Positions 45,101 through 53,837 of a stretch of DNA of 64,000 nucleotides are shown one piece after another. A program made the translations under genes and the position numbers. The notes under the pieces are model-generated. The model did not search any database and was not told the origin of the DNA. It saw nothing but the letters and a program-made list of their open reading frames with translations. Within the stretch, counting starts at the first letter, position 1. Each line of letters begins with the position of its first letter. This DNA is from Candidatus Azotimanducaceae bacterium (GTDB lineage: Bacteria; Pseudomonadota; Gammaproteobacteria; Pseudomonadales; Azotimanducaceae): the NCBI GenBank assembly GCA_965205545.1, contig OZ242170.1:1649149-1713148 (forward strand), in the 5' to 3' direction.

Positions 45101-45652
45101 ATAGTCGACGACCTAGACCCGGGGTTCGTGGTCAACCAGCGAGCGCCACGCACCGCGCGTCCTTCGCGCGTGGGTCCTAGGGCATGGTTTCGGATGCCTC
45201 GCCTCGACGTCGAAATGGACCATGGGCTTCCGGTTAGAGGTCGCTGGATGTTCGAGTGGCACCCGCCAAGAGGAGTCTGGACACGAGTGGTAGAACCGCG
45301 CGCGTATGGGAAATATCGAAGGACGGCAGCGCGATTCTTTAGCAGGGGACACAATCCCCAAGCCGCATTCGTGACAGAAATACCAGAATCCACAAAGTGG
45401 CGTCTTGACTACCACGCGCCGCGTTCACTAGGCGATAGCTGGTATCGAGGCTTAAAGTACGAACTTGTCATAACCAGCGACACAAAGTCGTGGAATGCCG
45501 AATTGGATGCCCACAACTGGAGCATCGGATGGAACGTCGTCGACGATTTTGACTTGAATGAAGGTGCAGTGCGAGTAAATCTGGTAGGGATATCGCAGCA
45601 TAGCCTGTTGATTGCTGACGCCGTACGATGGACCAAGATTGCAGGACAATGA
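42188..45652 (+). CDS. Large membrane protein, paralog 3 of 3 (same architecture)
   Basis: 1154 aa, collinear with paralogs 1 and 2: NIDPSFFL, FDASHQHKRD, SSNDSLFVSE, RFAYLNSA, ALMPAVNWYPVPG, FVEVPRRLRTVSGGWRMD, IIVDDLDPGF, YGKYRRT and ADAVRW. Confidence 0.7.
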   Translation: MSAVPSISKILSVAAGEVRTSRRQVRFWTIVFLLSLFSLAGYGLSCSFLAYAATTSPSYGTGIPQYLLGNIDPSFFLMFQMAALFLLFDASHQHKRDRIAEVLDSKPISNFEYLAGRVLGTSGLLWIVVVLNILAMQVFGWIAKTTNIAVADTLQVHSVLNLVFLDAPTTLLIWCSVVVVLSSLLRMRVLVAAVGVGLMFAWFSLVLESPYSLQAIVSPSSNDSLFVSELLPELASPSVLAIRVGTVLVALALLAIATVILPRRDENAQITNLLSLTAGGVGALLAVWGSWNHVAQVNVADQWAEAHKNYKWDAQTDLASISGTVRMERGRLAIDLILNVEYETTKSDELVFSFNPSMSIQSLEMNGNSTPFTFENGLLVVENSRSPSERSAYTLHIVAHGIPDYRFAYLNSAFDYLRDTSVPRQAIALFGSHASVYDSRYIALMPAVNWYPVPGPLQHGYTSLQHGLDYFDVDLTVALENDDWQLVGPTASIQIEEQANAYRVASEQPIHAIGLFASDFESASIDIEGTTFVVYLHKQHASGLQLIEEIDETVRNKADTWLHKFAEHDLAIPNRLVSFVEVPRRLRTVSGGWRMDSMQTLPGLVLVKEHGFPNVRMDLVQKRQSNDEVSLSQTLFEWLVYYSQQGIGPDDALSGLAAKILTHSTSAIGPYAQPLDTVLQYLTAFVGHDDVDDFFDSFFNVHSTIHFADTTAISLFEGVTGIEDGVSNADVPSSMPTLHGLRERHSTRTSIWNDLEIVSFEDLPTGHGHKRDLEFFLFKCREIARALFSINGEERVLRWLAAVVNHKQGKNFTYDDLITIAEQHEIVTDPCLTQWISSASLPGYAASPYTTVRIQDDERGNPQYQTSVAVRNTSNVAGSVHLQYPTEETWNWTHPYLGSSKTVQIDGNSTKRINFVTDYEIRSVYLNPGLSLNRDILGLSRDPSSSTELTNREPASYETIDSWLPPFEEGIIVDDLDPGFVVNQRAPRTARPSRVGPRAWFRMPRLDVEMDHGLPVRGRWMFEWHPPRGVWTRVVEPRAYGKYRRTAARFFSRGHNPQAAFVTEIPESTKWRLDYHAPRSLGDSWYRGLKYELVITSDTKSWNAELDAHNWSIGWNVVDDFDLNEGAVRVNLVGISQHSLLIADAVRWTKIAGQ

Positions 45653-45746
45653 ATGACGGCCAACTAGCGCGTTGCCGTTCGTTGGAAGTCTTGGTTGTGT
45701 CCGGAGAGGGTCCCGACTGTAAACCCTGAGTGGGCAAGAAAAGGTG

Positions 45747-46105
45747 TGGTGGAGGCGGCGGGAATCGAACCCGCGTCCGACAGTACTCCATCCTCGGCTC
45801 TACATGCTTATTCCTGCCTTTGATTTAACCCATCGGTGACCCGGCAAGACTGGGTTCCATTGGGCGAGTCCTCAGTTTTAGCCATCGGACGATCGGACCT
45901 TCTTCCGTGGCGATCCCGTAAGTATGATCCCGTCCACCCTATACGGGCATTCAGATGGACAGGACTAGCGTGCTATCTAAGCCGCTAGAGCGTAGTTGTC
46001 GTCGTTGGCAACTAATTGAAATTGAAACAATTGATTTACGAGAGCTGTTTCTCTCTCGGCATGCACCTGAGACTTTGCATCCGCCGTCGAATCCATTTCG
46101 CCCCC
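45747..46105 (-). ncRNA. ssrA: tmRNA (SsrA)
   Basis: The minus strand starts GGGGGCGAAATGGATTCGACGG and ends GGTTCGATTCCCGCCGCCTCCACCA, forming a tRNA-Ala-like acceptor/T-arm. The internal tag ORF GCC AAC GAC GAC AAC TAC GCT CTA GCG GCT TAG encodes ANDDNYALAA* (46009-45977). Confidence 0.95.
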
Positions 46106-46325
46106 AGTGACTATCTAGTTTTGAGACATCTACCTATACACCAGCGTTCATTTTACCCCGCGAAAACGGTGCAATTGAGCATTTGATCCGCAATCGCAGG
46201 AAGTCGGGCGGGCGGAGCCGCCTCAACAAACAGCCTCTTCTATAAATGCCAGTTACTGAGTCACCAGTTTGCAACAGAGTTTGGCAATCGCCTTTCACGC
46301 ATCGAATTCGTACCGACCCTATACA

Positions 46326-46658
46326 ATGTTGACGGCAGAAAATGCGCTTTTTTCACTAGTTTCGACTTTTAACGCTTTGAGCGAAGAACGACGTCTAACA
46401 CGTATGGTTTACGACGCCTTTGTTGCCGTCGTGGAGTCCGGACGGAGTGAAATCCGTCCGGGAGACATTGTCCAATTCATGCGCGAGCAGAACCATCCAA
46501 TGGGAATCTGGAACGTGAACGGGGAGCTAACCAAACTGAAACGGCTCGGCATAGTCCGATTGGACGAAGACAGCGCCACATGGACTTTGATTCCCGGAGT
46601 GGACTTCGAGGAAGTTTCCATGAAGCCGAACGGAGAGGCAACTACTTCGAGCGATTAA
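46326..46658 (+). CDS. Hypothetical protein (~110 aa)
   Basis: The ORF starts at ATG 46326 (the track begins at TTG 46269). I recognise no motif. It is hydrophilic with a helical N-terminus. Its 3' end overlaps the convergent ispA by 17 nt. Confidence 0.4.
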   Translation: MLTAENALFSLVSTFNALSEERRLTRMVYDAFVAVVESGRSEIRPGDIVQFMREQNHPMGIWNVNGELTKLKRLGIVRLDEDSATWTLIPGVDFEEVSMKPNGEATTSSD

Positions 46659-47523
46659 CACAGAGATTCGCAATCTCTGCCAAGATTGAGTCGCGCATGT
46701 CCATGCGCTCTAGTACCTCAAACGCATTGTCAAGCAATTTCTTAGCCTTGATTTGAGCTCCCTCAACTCCGATGTACGTTACGTAATTGAGCTTCCCCGC
46801 GGTGCCGTCGGCTTGTGCGGGCTTGCCCAAGATGTCTGAATGCTGCGTTGCATCCAAAATGTCATCAGTGATTTGAAACGCCGCTCCCACGAAGCCTGCA
46901 AACTCGCTTAACGATTGAAATTCGGCTGTAGCGGGATCAAATCCCGCTACGACCGACCCGATCTCAGCACTGGCGCGAAACAATGCACCGGTTTTTGCGT
47001 CATTCAAAACGTCCAGTGTCGAGGAATCTGCAACGGTGCGATTCTCCAGTTCCATATCCATGGCCTGTCCACCGACCATGTTTGCCCAACCCCCAGCTTC
47101 CATCAGGACTTTGAGTGCATCCACCCGTTGTTGCGAACTGAGTTCTCGGCATTTCGCGAGGGTCTCATAGGCAAGCGATTGCAGCGCATCCCCAACGAGA
47201 ATGGCAGTCGTGGTCCCGAACGCCGCATGGCAACTTGGTTTCCCGCGACGCATTGACGCGTCGTCCATGTCGGGCAAGTCATCGTGCACAAGAGAATAAG
47301 CATGCAAGTACTCGACGGCCGCTGCTGGACCAAGAGCCGCCTCCAGTGACCCGTTGAGGCCAATCGCACTTGCGCACACCATACTTCCACGCAGTCGCTT
47401 TCCCCCATTCAAGACGGCATACTTCATACCAGCGGAGAGTTGGGTCGAATGCTTGGATTCAAACGACAGGTCGGACTCCAGAAAGTCGTTCACACGCCGC
47501 CGAATTGCCTGCAAGCCAATCAT
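46642..47523 (-). CDS. ispA: (2E,6E)-farnesyl diphosphate synthase
   Basis: The two Asp-rich motifs LVHDDLPDMDD and FQITDDILD are present. The start is taken at ATG 47523, downstream of the xseB stop (the ORF maximum is 47616). Confidence 0.92.
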   Translation of the reverse strand: MIGLQAIRRRVNDFLESDLSFESKHSTQLSAGMKYAVLNGGKRLRGSMVCASAIGLNGSLEAALGPAAAVEYLHAYSLVHDDLPDMDDASMRRGKPSCHAAFGTTTAILVGDALQSLAYETLAKCRELSSQQRVDALKVLMEAGGWANMVGGQAMDMELENRTVADSSTLDVLNDAKTGALFRASAEIGSVVAGFDPATAEFQSLSEFAGFVGAAFQITDDILDATQHSDILGKPAQADGTAGKLNYVTYIGVEGAQIKAKKLLDNAFEVLERMDMRDSILAEIANLCVNRSK

Positions 47524-47543
47524 GCAAATAAAGCTCTTTGGTG

Positions 47544-47789
47544 CTAAGAGCTGGTTGAATCGTCGACCGAAAGCTGTGCGATGCGTTCTTCCGCTTCCCT
47601 GAGCGCTTCTTGACACTTGCGGGCTAATGCGACTCCCTTTTCAAACGCCGTGAGGGATTGCTCAAGAGTCAAATCTCCGGACTCCATATCCTGAACCAAT
47701 GATTCGAGTTGCTGAATTGATGCTTCAAAGTCAATCGTCGAAGCATTCTCTTGTTCCTCACTCCGTTCTGTGTTTTCGTGATCGGACAC
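47544..47789 (-). CDS. xseB: Exodeoxyribonuclease VII small subunit
   Basis: 81 aa. FEASIQQLESLVQDMESGDLTLEQSLTAFEKGVALARKCQEAL is the XseB pattern, and the gene is upstream of ispA as usual. Confidence 0.9.
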   Translation of the reverse strand: MSDHENTERSEEQENASTIDFEASIQQLESLVQDMESGDLTLEQSLTAFEKGVALARKCQEALREAEERIAQLSVDDSTSS

Positions 47790-47802
47790 GCTCTATCCCC
47801 TT

Positions 47803-48333
47803 CTAGGTTTCCACTGCAATTTTCCATGCCGCTAATGCAATCACACATGCCATTCCGCCGGCAACTAGATCATCCAACAGGATTCCCAATGCGCTATGCA
47901 TTTTCTTGTCGATCCAACCAATTGGCATGGGTTTCCATATATCAAATAGACGGAACAGCAAGAACGCTACAACAAACACCCAAAAGTCAAACGGCAAGAA
48001 CAGGAATGCGACGGATACTCCAGCAATTTCGTCGAGCACCACGCACCGAGCGTCTGCGTAGCCGTACCGGCGCACCAAAACTGACAAGACTAATAGTGAA
48101 GTTCCACAAATCAGACTTGTCACCACGGTTTGAATCCAATATTCCAAAGGGGAAATCAACAGCCAGTAGGCAGCCCCCGCTGCAAGTGACGCTGCTGTAC
48201 CCGGTGCTAATGGCATCCAACCCAGACCGAATCCCGTAGCGATAACGACAATCGGATCTTTGAAGCGATTCTGCTTTAGCTTCTGGGTGACTTCGTCGCT
48301 AGCTTCCTTTCCAGCCACCTCCGCTCCCGTCAA
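47803..48333 (-). CDS. pgpA: Phosphatidylglycerophosphatase A
   Basis: GFGLGWMPLAPGTAASL and DEIAG...FRLFDIWKP are PgpA blocks, and the gene follows thiL. Confidence 0.9.
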   Translation of the reverse strand: MTGAEVAGKEASDEVTQKLKQNRFKDPIVVIATGFGLGWMPLAPGTAASLAAGAAYWLLISPLEYWIQTVVTSLICGTSLLVLSVLVRRYGYADARCVVLDEIAGVSVAFLFLPFDFWVFVVAFLLFRLFDIWKPMPIGWIDKKMHSALGILLDDLVAGGMACVIALAAWKIAVET

Positions 48334-49283
48334 AAGTGCGAATAACCTCTCCCTACATCTAAAGGCTTTCCGTCATGCAAGAATACAACGTTGGAAGTCT
48401 TGATATCGACGCAACCGATTCGAGCAAGTGGAGTAGATGTTCCCCTGCCGACTTTGAGGATCTCGTCGCGAATCGCCTGATCTGCCGTAAACAGCAATTC
48501 ATAACTATCGTCACACTTCAGCGCCTCCAAAGTATTCGTTTCCTGCCAAAACTCTATTGCACCTACATCTACTTGCATTCCGCAATTGCTGTGTCTTGCC
48601 AACTGCTCCAGTTCTGAAGCTAGTCCGTCGCTAACGTCCGTAGCGGATGAAGCCAATCCAGAAATTTGTAGAGCAAACTCCACTCTTGGTGTCGGCAGAA
48701 AATAGCTGGCAACCGGATCGCAGTGTCGTTTCTGCATAAGATCCTCTAAGGAGTATGAGGCTGGATCAGCCATGCTGCTTAACGCAACATTCGTAGCTCC
48801 GGTCCTCCCCGTCAACCATAGGTCGTCATCTGATTTCGCGCCTGATCTCCTGAGGTAACCGGCAGCAACCACACTTCCCAACGCGGTAATGGCGACGGAT
48901 TTGTGTCCTCGCGCTAGATTACCGCCAACAACCGTCAACCCAACTTCCAAGCAACAAGCTCGCACTCCATCCGCAAAGCTGCACAACCAGTCTTGGTTTG
49001 CGGCTTCCATGGTTAGGGCTATTGTCATGTAGCGAGGACGTGATCCCATCGCAGCAAGGTCCGACACGTTGACTGCCACGCTTCGGTAACCCACGAGATC
49101 CCCTGGAGTTCCCATGGGGAAATGTCGACCCTCCACGAGAACATCGGACGTTACGACTACTTCCTCATCGTTGTCGAATCGAACGACAGCGCCATCGTCG
49201 CCAGTTCCAACCACCACGTTGTGGTCGCGAGCAGCAGAACCTAATCGGCCTACTATCAAATCGATGGCTTCTAACTCGTTCAC
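48330..49283 (-). CDS. thiL: Thiamine-monophosphate kinase
   Basis: 317 aa. GDDGAVV, the DVLVEGRHF-type block, and AVNVSDLAAMG are AIR-synthase-fold ThiL blocks. The gene lies between nusB and pgpA. Confidence 0.9.
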   Translation of the reverse strand: MNELEAIDLIVGRLGSAARDHNVVVGTGDDGAVVRFDNDEEVVVTSDVLVEGRHFPMGTPGDLVGYRSVAVNVSDLAAMGSRPRYMTIALTMEAANQDWLCSFADGVRACCLEVGLTVVGGNLARGHKSVAITALGSVVAAGYLRRSGAKSDDDLWLTGRTGATNVALSSMADPASYSLEDLMQKRHCDPVASYFLPTPRVEFALQISGLASSATDVSDGLASELEQLARHSNCGMQVDVGAIEFWQETNTLEALKCDDSYELLFTADQAIRDEILKVGRGTSTPLARIGCVDIKTSNVVFLHDGKPLDVGRGYSHF

Positions 49284-49705
49284 TCTTCGGTTTCCCTTGC
49301 AGTTCGTGCCAGTGCGTCGAGGACGGCATTGATGTACCGATAGCTGTCTTGTGCGCCGAACATTTTGGCCAAATCAACCCACTCGTTGATCACCACCCCA
49401 ACAGGTACGTCCTCTCGCTCAATCAATTCAAAGCTGCCTGCCCGCAAGCATGCGCGTTCTACTGGATTCAGTTCGGATAGAGCCCGGTCAAGGTAGGGCT
49501 CGTAGGCCCGATCCAAATCTTTGACTCCTCGCATCACACCATGTAGACAATCGTTGAAGTAGCGTTTGTCGGCTTTGTCCAACGACCCCTCGTCAGTGAA
49601 AAAGTCCACCATTTCGGTTTCGGTAGAGCCAGCCATGTCCCATTGATAGAGAGCTTGCAGCAGCACACGTCTGCTTTGCCGCCGAAATCGTGGTGACACG
49701 TCCAT
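49280..49705 (-). CDS. nusB: Transcription antitermination factor NusB
   Basis: The start is taken at MDVSPRFRRQSRRVLLQALYQW (ATG 49705, just after the ribD stop at 49713-49715). The ORF maximum extends into ribD. Confidence 0.9.
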   Translation of the reverse strand: MDVSPRFRRQSRRVLLQALYQWDMAGSTETEMVDFFTDEGSLDKADKRYFNDCLHGVMRGVKDLDRAYEPYLDRALSELNPVERACLRAGSFELIEREDVPVGVVINEWVDLAKMFGAQDSYRYINAVLDALARTARETEE

Positions 49706-49712
49706 ACTGCAC

Positions 49713-50819
49713 TCAGTCCATATTTGAATTGGATATGACGAGACGCAAATCAGGACCGATTCTCGCGATCGATTCAACTCGACCGTTGACGCTATTGCAA
49801 AGGTCTTCGATCTTTAGGTTCGCCAAGGGCATCGCTGTAGTTCCCAGCAGCTTGGGCGCGACAAAGACCACGAGTTCATCCCACAATCCTGATGCTATGA
49901 AGGAACCTGTTAGTTTGGATCCCGCTTCTACCAAGACTTCATTCACCCCTCGCGCCGCCAAGCGAGAAAGAACACAGGCTAGATCTGCCTTGGCATCTGT
50001 GTGAGTCCACTTTTCCAACTTGCAGGGAATTGCCGCATTTGCGTTGCACACAACTATGACATCTCCTTCATGCCTCAAAATCTCTGCGTCTGCTGGCATT
50101 CGACCATTTGTATCGAAAACAATGCGCAATGGGGTGCATCCAGCATAGCGGTCCTCACGAACCGTAAACCGGGGATTGTCCCTTAGCACCGTCCCGATCC
50201 CAGAAATGATCGCGCCACTTCGTGCACGCAACCGCTGTACATCTGAACGCGCTTCCGGACTCGTTATCCATTGGCTATTGCCGTCAGACATAGCAATTCG
50301 ACCATCCAATGACATCCCAGTCTTGATCCGAACAAATGGCATAGCTTTCGTGATTCGCTTTCTATATCCGGGATTAATGCGACGTGCCTCCGCCAATTCA
50401 AACAAAGAAACCTCTATGCCCGAGCGCTTTAGTTCTTCAATCCCCTTACCACAAACGTGGGGATGCGGATCCTTCTCAGCGCAAACAACCCGGTTGATTC
50501 CGGCTTCTACAAGCGCTGCAGTGCATGGTGGGGTCCTCCCTTGAATACAGCAAGGCTCAAGACTTACATATACAGTCGCTGACTTAGGCGATTCCTCACA
50601 TCGCTTGAGCGCAACAATCTCAGCGTGGTCGGCGCCATCTCGGGAGTGAAATCCTCTGCCAATAACCCGACCATGCTTCACCAACACGCACCCAACTCTG
50701 GGATTGTTTCGCGTGACCGTATAGAGACCTTTCTCAGCCAATCGAATTGCGGCCAAGAGATATAGTCTGTCTACATCTGGATTTGTCATTGGTTCACGTC
50801 GATTGTGACGTACAGACAC
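49713..50819 (-). CDS. ribD: Bifunctional riboflavin biosynthesis protein RibD (deaminase/reductase)
   Basis: The deaminase zinc motifs HAEIVAL and PCCIQGRTPPC are followed by a reductase half (KTGMSLDGRIA). The start may be the internal M at 50789. Confidence 0.93.
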   Translation of the reverse strand: MSVRHNRREPMTNPDVDRLYLLAAIRLAEKGLYTVTRNNPRVGCVLVKHGRVIGRGFHSRDGADHAEIVALKRCEESPKSATVYVSLEPCCIQGRTPPCTAALVEAGINRVVCAEKDPHPHVCGKGIEELKRSGIEVSLFELAEARRINPGYRKRITKAMPFVRIKTGMSLDGRIAMSDGNSQWITSPEARSDVQRLRARSGAIISGIGTVLRDNPRFTVREDRYAGCTPLRIVFDTNGRMPADAEILRHEGDVIVVCNANAAIPCKLEKWTHTDAKADLACVLSRLAARGVNEVLVEAGSKLTGSFIASGLWDELVVFVAPKLLGTTAMPLANLKIEDLCNSVNGRVESIARIGPDLRLVISNSNMD

Positions 50820-50909
50820 GCTCTTAGGCTACGCCAAGCGAAATGGGTGAGGCTGTTTTGATGCGCCTACAAGAGCTGTCGCCAATTTTGTTGAAGAGCA
50901 ACACCAATG

Positions 50910-52169
50910 CTATTGGGCAGCGTAAACGGGAAATCCCTTGCATAGTTCAAGAACCTTCAATCGAACCGATGCAATCATGTTGTCATTCTCGATGTCGTCG
51001 AGTATGTCGCACATCCACTCGGCGAGGTTTCCGCATTCTTCCACACCAAAGCCGCGCCGCGTGACGGCTGGCGTTCCAATGCGCAGGCCGCTCGTCACGA
51101 ACGGCGATCTAGGGTCGTTCGGAACGGTGTTCTTGTTGACCGTGATATTGGCTCGATCAAGCGCTTCATCGGCTGCCTTGCCAGTCAGTCCCTTGTCAAT
51201 CAAGTCCACAAGGAACAAGTGGTTGTCGGTGCCACCCGATACAACCTTGTACCCTCGCTCCTGAAGTCTGCTCGCCATGGTCTTCGCATTTTCCAACACT
51301 CGTTGCTGGTATTCGACGAATTCGGGTGACAACGCTTCCAGAAAGCACACAGCTTTCGCGGCGATCACATGCATCAACGGTCCGCCTTGCGACCCTGGGA
51401 ATAAGGATGAATTGAGTTTCTTCTCAACGTCTGGATTGGAACGTGCCAAGATTATTCCACCCCTTGGTCCTGCCAGAGTTTTGTGTGTCGTGGAGGTGGT
51501 CACATCCGCGACGGCTACTGGATTGGGATAGAGATTCGCCGCCACCAATCCTGCAACGTGCGCCATGTCGACCAATAGGTAAGCACTCACTGAATCGGCG
51601 ATTTCTCTGAATTTCGACCAATCGATTTTCCGGCTGTAAGCTGAAAATCCTGCAACAACCATCTTTGGTCGATGTTTCTCTGCAAGCTGTTGAATCGCGT
51701 CGAAGTCTAGTCTTCCAGAGTCCGGATCTACTCCGTACTGAACTGCTTTGTAAAGCTTGCCGGAGAAATTCACAGGGGAACCATGGGTAAGATGCCCGCC
51801 GTCCGACAAACCCATCCCTAGTACCACATCTCCCGGTTGCAGCAACGCCATGTAGGCCGCTGCGTTTGCCTGGCTTCCCGAATGCGGCTGTACATTCGCA
51901 AAGTCTGCGCCGAAGAGTTGCTTTGCTCGTTCAATGGCCAGCGACTCGACTTCATCGACGTGACTGCAGCCGCCGTAATACCGCCTGCCTGGATATCCCT
52001 CGGCGTACTTGTTCGTCATGACGCATCCCTGGGCTTGCAGAACCGCAGGGGATGCATAGTTTTCGGAAGCTATGAGCTCTATGTGTTGTTCTTGACGCTG
52101 GGTCTCAGCGGAAATTGCATTCCATACCAAAGCATCGGCGTCCCGAAGAGCTTCTGAACCGTTAAACAT
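50910..52169 (-). CDS. glyA: Serine hydroxymethyltransferase
   Basis: 419 aa. [23 protein letters not shown] and [15 protein letters not shown] (PLP lysine) are present. Confidence 0.97.
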   Translation of the reverse strand: MFNGSEALRDADALVWNAISAETQRQEQHIELIASENYASPAVLQAQGCVMTNKYAEGYPGRRYYGGCSHVDEVESLAIERAKQLFGADFANVQPHSGSQANAAAYMALLQPGDVVLGMGLSDGGHLTHGSPVNFSGKLYKAVQYGVDPDSGRLDFDAIQQLAEKHRPKMVVAGFSAYSRKIDWSKFREIADSVSAYLLVDMAHVAGLVAANLYPNPVAVADVTTSTTHKTLAGPRGGIILARSNPDVEKKLNSSLFPGSQGGPLMHVIAAKAVCFLEALSPEFVEYQQRVLENAKTMASRLQERGYKVVSGGTDNHLFLVDLIDKGLTGKAADEALDRANITVNKNTVPNDPRSPFVTSGLRIGTPAVTRRGFGVEECGNLAEWMCDILDDIENDNMIASVRLKVLELCKGFPVYAAQ

Positions 52170-52282
52170 GCTGACTTTGAGAGCGACACTGACAGGACGG
52201 TTATTTTATGAACGCCGCAGAGCTTCAGCTATTGCAATGTGTTCGATCGTGAATTGAATTCTGCTAATCGGCAGATTGCCGT

Positions 52283-53659
52283 TTAGTCAAGCATATTGCT
52301 CAAAGTCTCGAGCGCATCGCCAAGAGATTTGACGAAAGCTACTTCCACACCGGCTGTGGGTCGCTTTGCACGGTTGGCGATGGGCGCCATGATTCTTGTG
52401 AAACCATGCTTTTGAACTTCCCGGATGCGCTCCTGGCCATTGGGTACCGGACGTATCTCTCCAGTTAGACCCAGCTCCCCAAAAACAACGAGATCGCGCG
52501 GCAGTGGACGATTGCGGAAGCTCGAATACACCGCCACCAAGACCGCGAGATCGACGGCCGTCTCGCTCACCCTTACACCTCCAGTCACGTTCGCGAAGAC
52601 ATCTTGGTCCGCAAGCGAAATCCCGCAGTGCCGGTGCATTATTGCTAAGTGCATGGCCAACCGCTGAGCGTCCAAACCCACAGCAACCCTTCGTGGATAG
52701 CCTCCTTGAACATCATCCACCAACGCTTGAATCTCCACCAATAGCGGACGGGTTCCTTCCCAGGTCACCGTGACGACGCTACCGGCGGCAGGGTCGGAAG
52801 AACGCTCCAAGAAGATGGCCGACGGATTGGACACTTCCCTCAATCCGCGATCCGTCATTGCAAACACACCAAGCTCGTTGACTGCGCCAAATCTGTTCTT
52901 CACGCCCCGTAGTGTTCGATAGCGACTCCCCGGTGGCGAATCGAGCATGACGAAGCAGTCGATCATGTGTTCGAGCACTTTGGGGCCAGCGAGATTTCCC
53001 TCTTTGGTCACATGCCCTACCAACACAAACGTGCATTCCAATTGCTTTGCCAAGCGCGTAAGGCGTGCGGCACATTCGCGAACTTGTGCCACGCTTCCCG
53101 GCACACTTTCAATCTCGTCCGCAAACATGACCTGTATCGAATCGATTACTACAACCGAGGGTCGTTCCTTCTGTACGAGTTCAATGACTTGGCCAACGGA
53201 CGTTAGCGAAGCAAGTTCGACACTTGCGTCTGCCATTCCCAAACGAACCGCACGTCCGGCGATTTGCTGAATGGATTCCTCGCCGCTCACGTAGAGACAC
53301 GAGGATTGTCTTGCAAGATTGCCTGCCATTTGAAGTAGCAACGTTGACTTGCCCGCCCCAGGGTCACCTCCGATTAGAACCACAGAACCTGGAACTAGAC
53401 CGCCGCCTAACACGCGGTCGAACTCGTGCATTCCCGATGAAATTCGCTGATTTGCTTCGGCTCGAACTTCCGACAATCGAGCTATGGTCGCGACTCCGCC
53501 GCTGTAGCCTGCACTGGCATCTGCACTTAACTTGGTGCTCGCTCGTGGAACATCAATCTCCTCGAGACAATTCCACTCCTCGCAAACGGAGCATTGGCCT
53601 TGCCACTTTGGGTGCGAAGCTCCACATTTGGTGCATGCAAATACTGTCTTGGTCTTCAT
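52283..53659 (-). CDS. radA: DNA repair protein RadA/Sms
   Basis: It has the zinc finger CTKCGASHPKWQGQCSVCEEWN, the Walker A GDPGAGKST, KNRFG, and a Lon-like C-terminus. Confidence 0.96.
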   Translation of the reverse strand: MKTKTVFACTKCGASHPKWQGQCSVCEEWNCLEEIDVPRASTKLSADASAGYSGGVATIARLSEVRAEANQRISSGMHEFDRVLGGGLVPGSVVLIGGDPGAGKSTLLLQMAGNLARQSSCLYVSGEESIQQIAGRAVRLGMADASVELASLTSVGQVIELVQKERPSVVVIDSIQVMFADEIESVPGSVAQVRECAARLTRLAKQLECTFVLVGHVTKEGNLAGPKVLEHMIDCFVMLDSPPGSRYRTLRGVKNRFGAVNELGVFAMTDRGLREVSNPSAIFLERSSDPAAGSVVTVTWEGTRPLLVEIQALVDDVQGGYPRRVAVGLDAQRLAMHLAIMHRHCGISLADQDVFANVTGGVRVSETAVDLAVLVAVYSSFRNRPLPRDLVVFGELGLTGEIRPVPNGQERIREVQKHGFTRIMAPIANRAKRPTAGVEVAFVKSLGDALETLSNMLD

Positions 53660-53837
53660 GTGTAGGTGTACCTAGACCTATTCCGCACCACCACCGACAG
53701 AAATTCAGTTTGCTAGATTCGAACTAGGCTCGTCTAGGCGACGAGAGAATAGGTGTGTATTTGTACATGTTAACACAGGTAGACTGCAGTGCTAGGCGTG
53801 GGACTAGCCTGGAACTCAATGCAGAACCTTTTGGCGA

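Larger units (their letters stand above)
35060..45652 (+). repeat. Tandem array of three paralogous ~3.5 kb genes
   Basis: Three head-to-tail genes of 1153-1169 aa are separated by 81-nt and 75-nt spacers. They are alignable end to end at the protein level but clearly diverged at the DNA level. Confidence 0.85.

Noticed and set aside
35060-45652. Active M1 zinc aminopeptidase function for the three large paralogs.
   Set aside because: I scanned all three translations for HExxH and found none; the nearest strings are HEIVY, HELIV and HEIVT. The GAMEN position reads GGWRMD, so catalysis by the canonical mechanism is not supported.
34284-45746. A genomic island integrated at ssrA carrying the GYD gene and the three large paralogs.
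   Set aside because: I found no integrase or recombinase, no direct repeat of the ssrA 3' end in the candidate distal borders that I read (34284-34400 and 34721-35059), and no obvious composition change. It is kept only as a low-weight hypothesis in the findings.
45468-45791. A 107-aa minus-strand ORF crossing the end of paralog 3 and the 3' end of ssrA.
   Set aside because: It overlaps the tmRNA acceptor/T-arm and the paralog 3 coding sequence, so it has no independent support.
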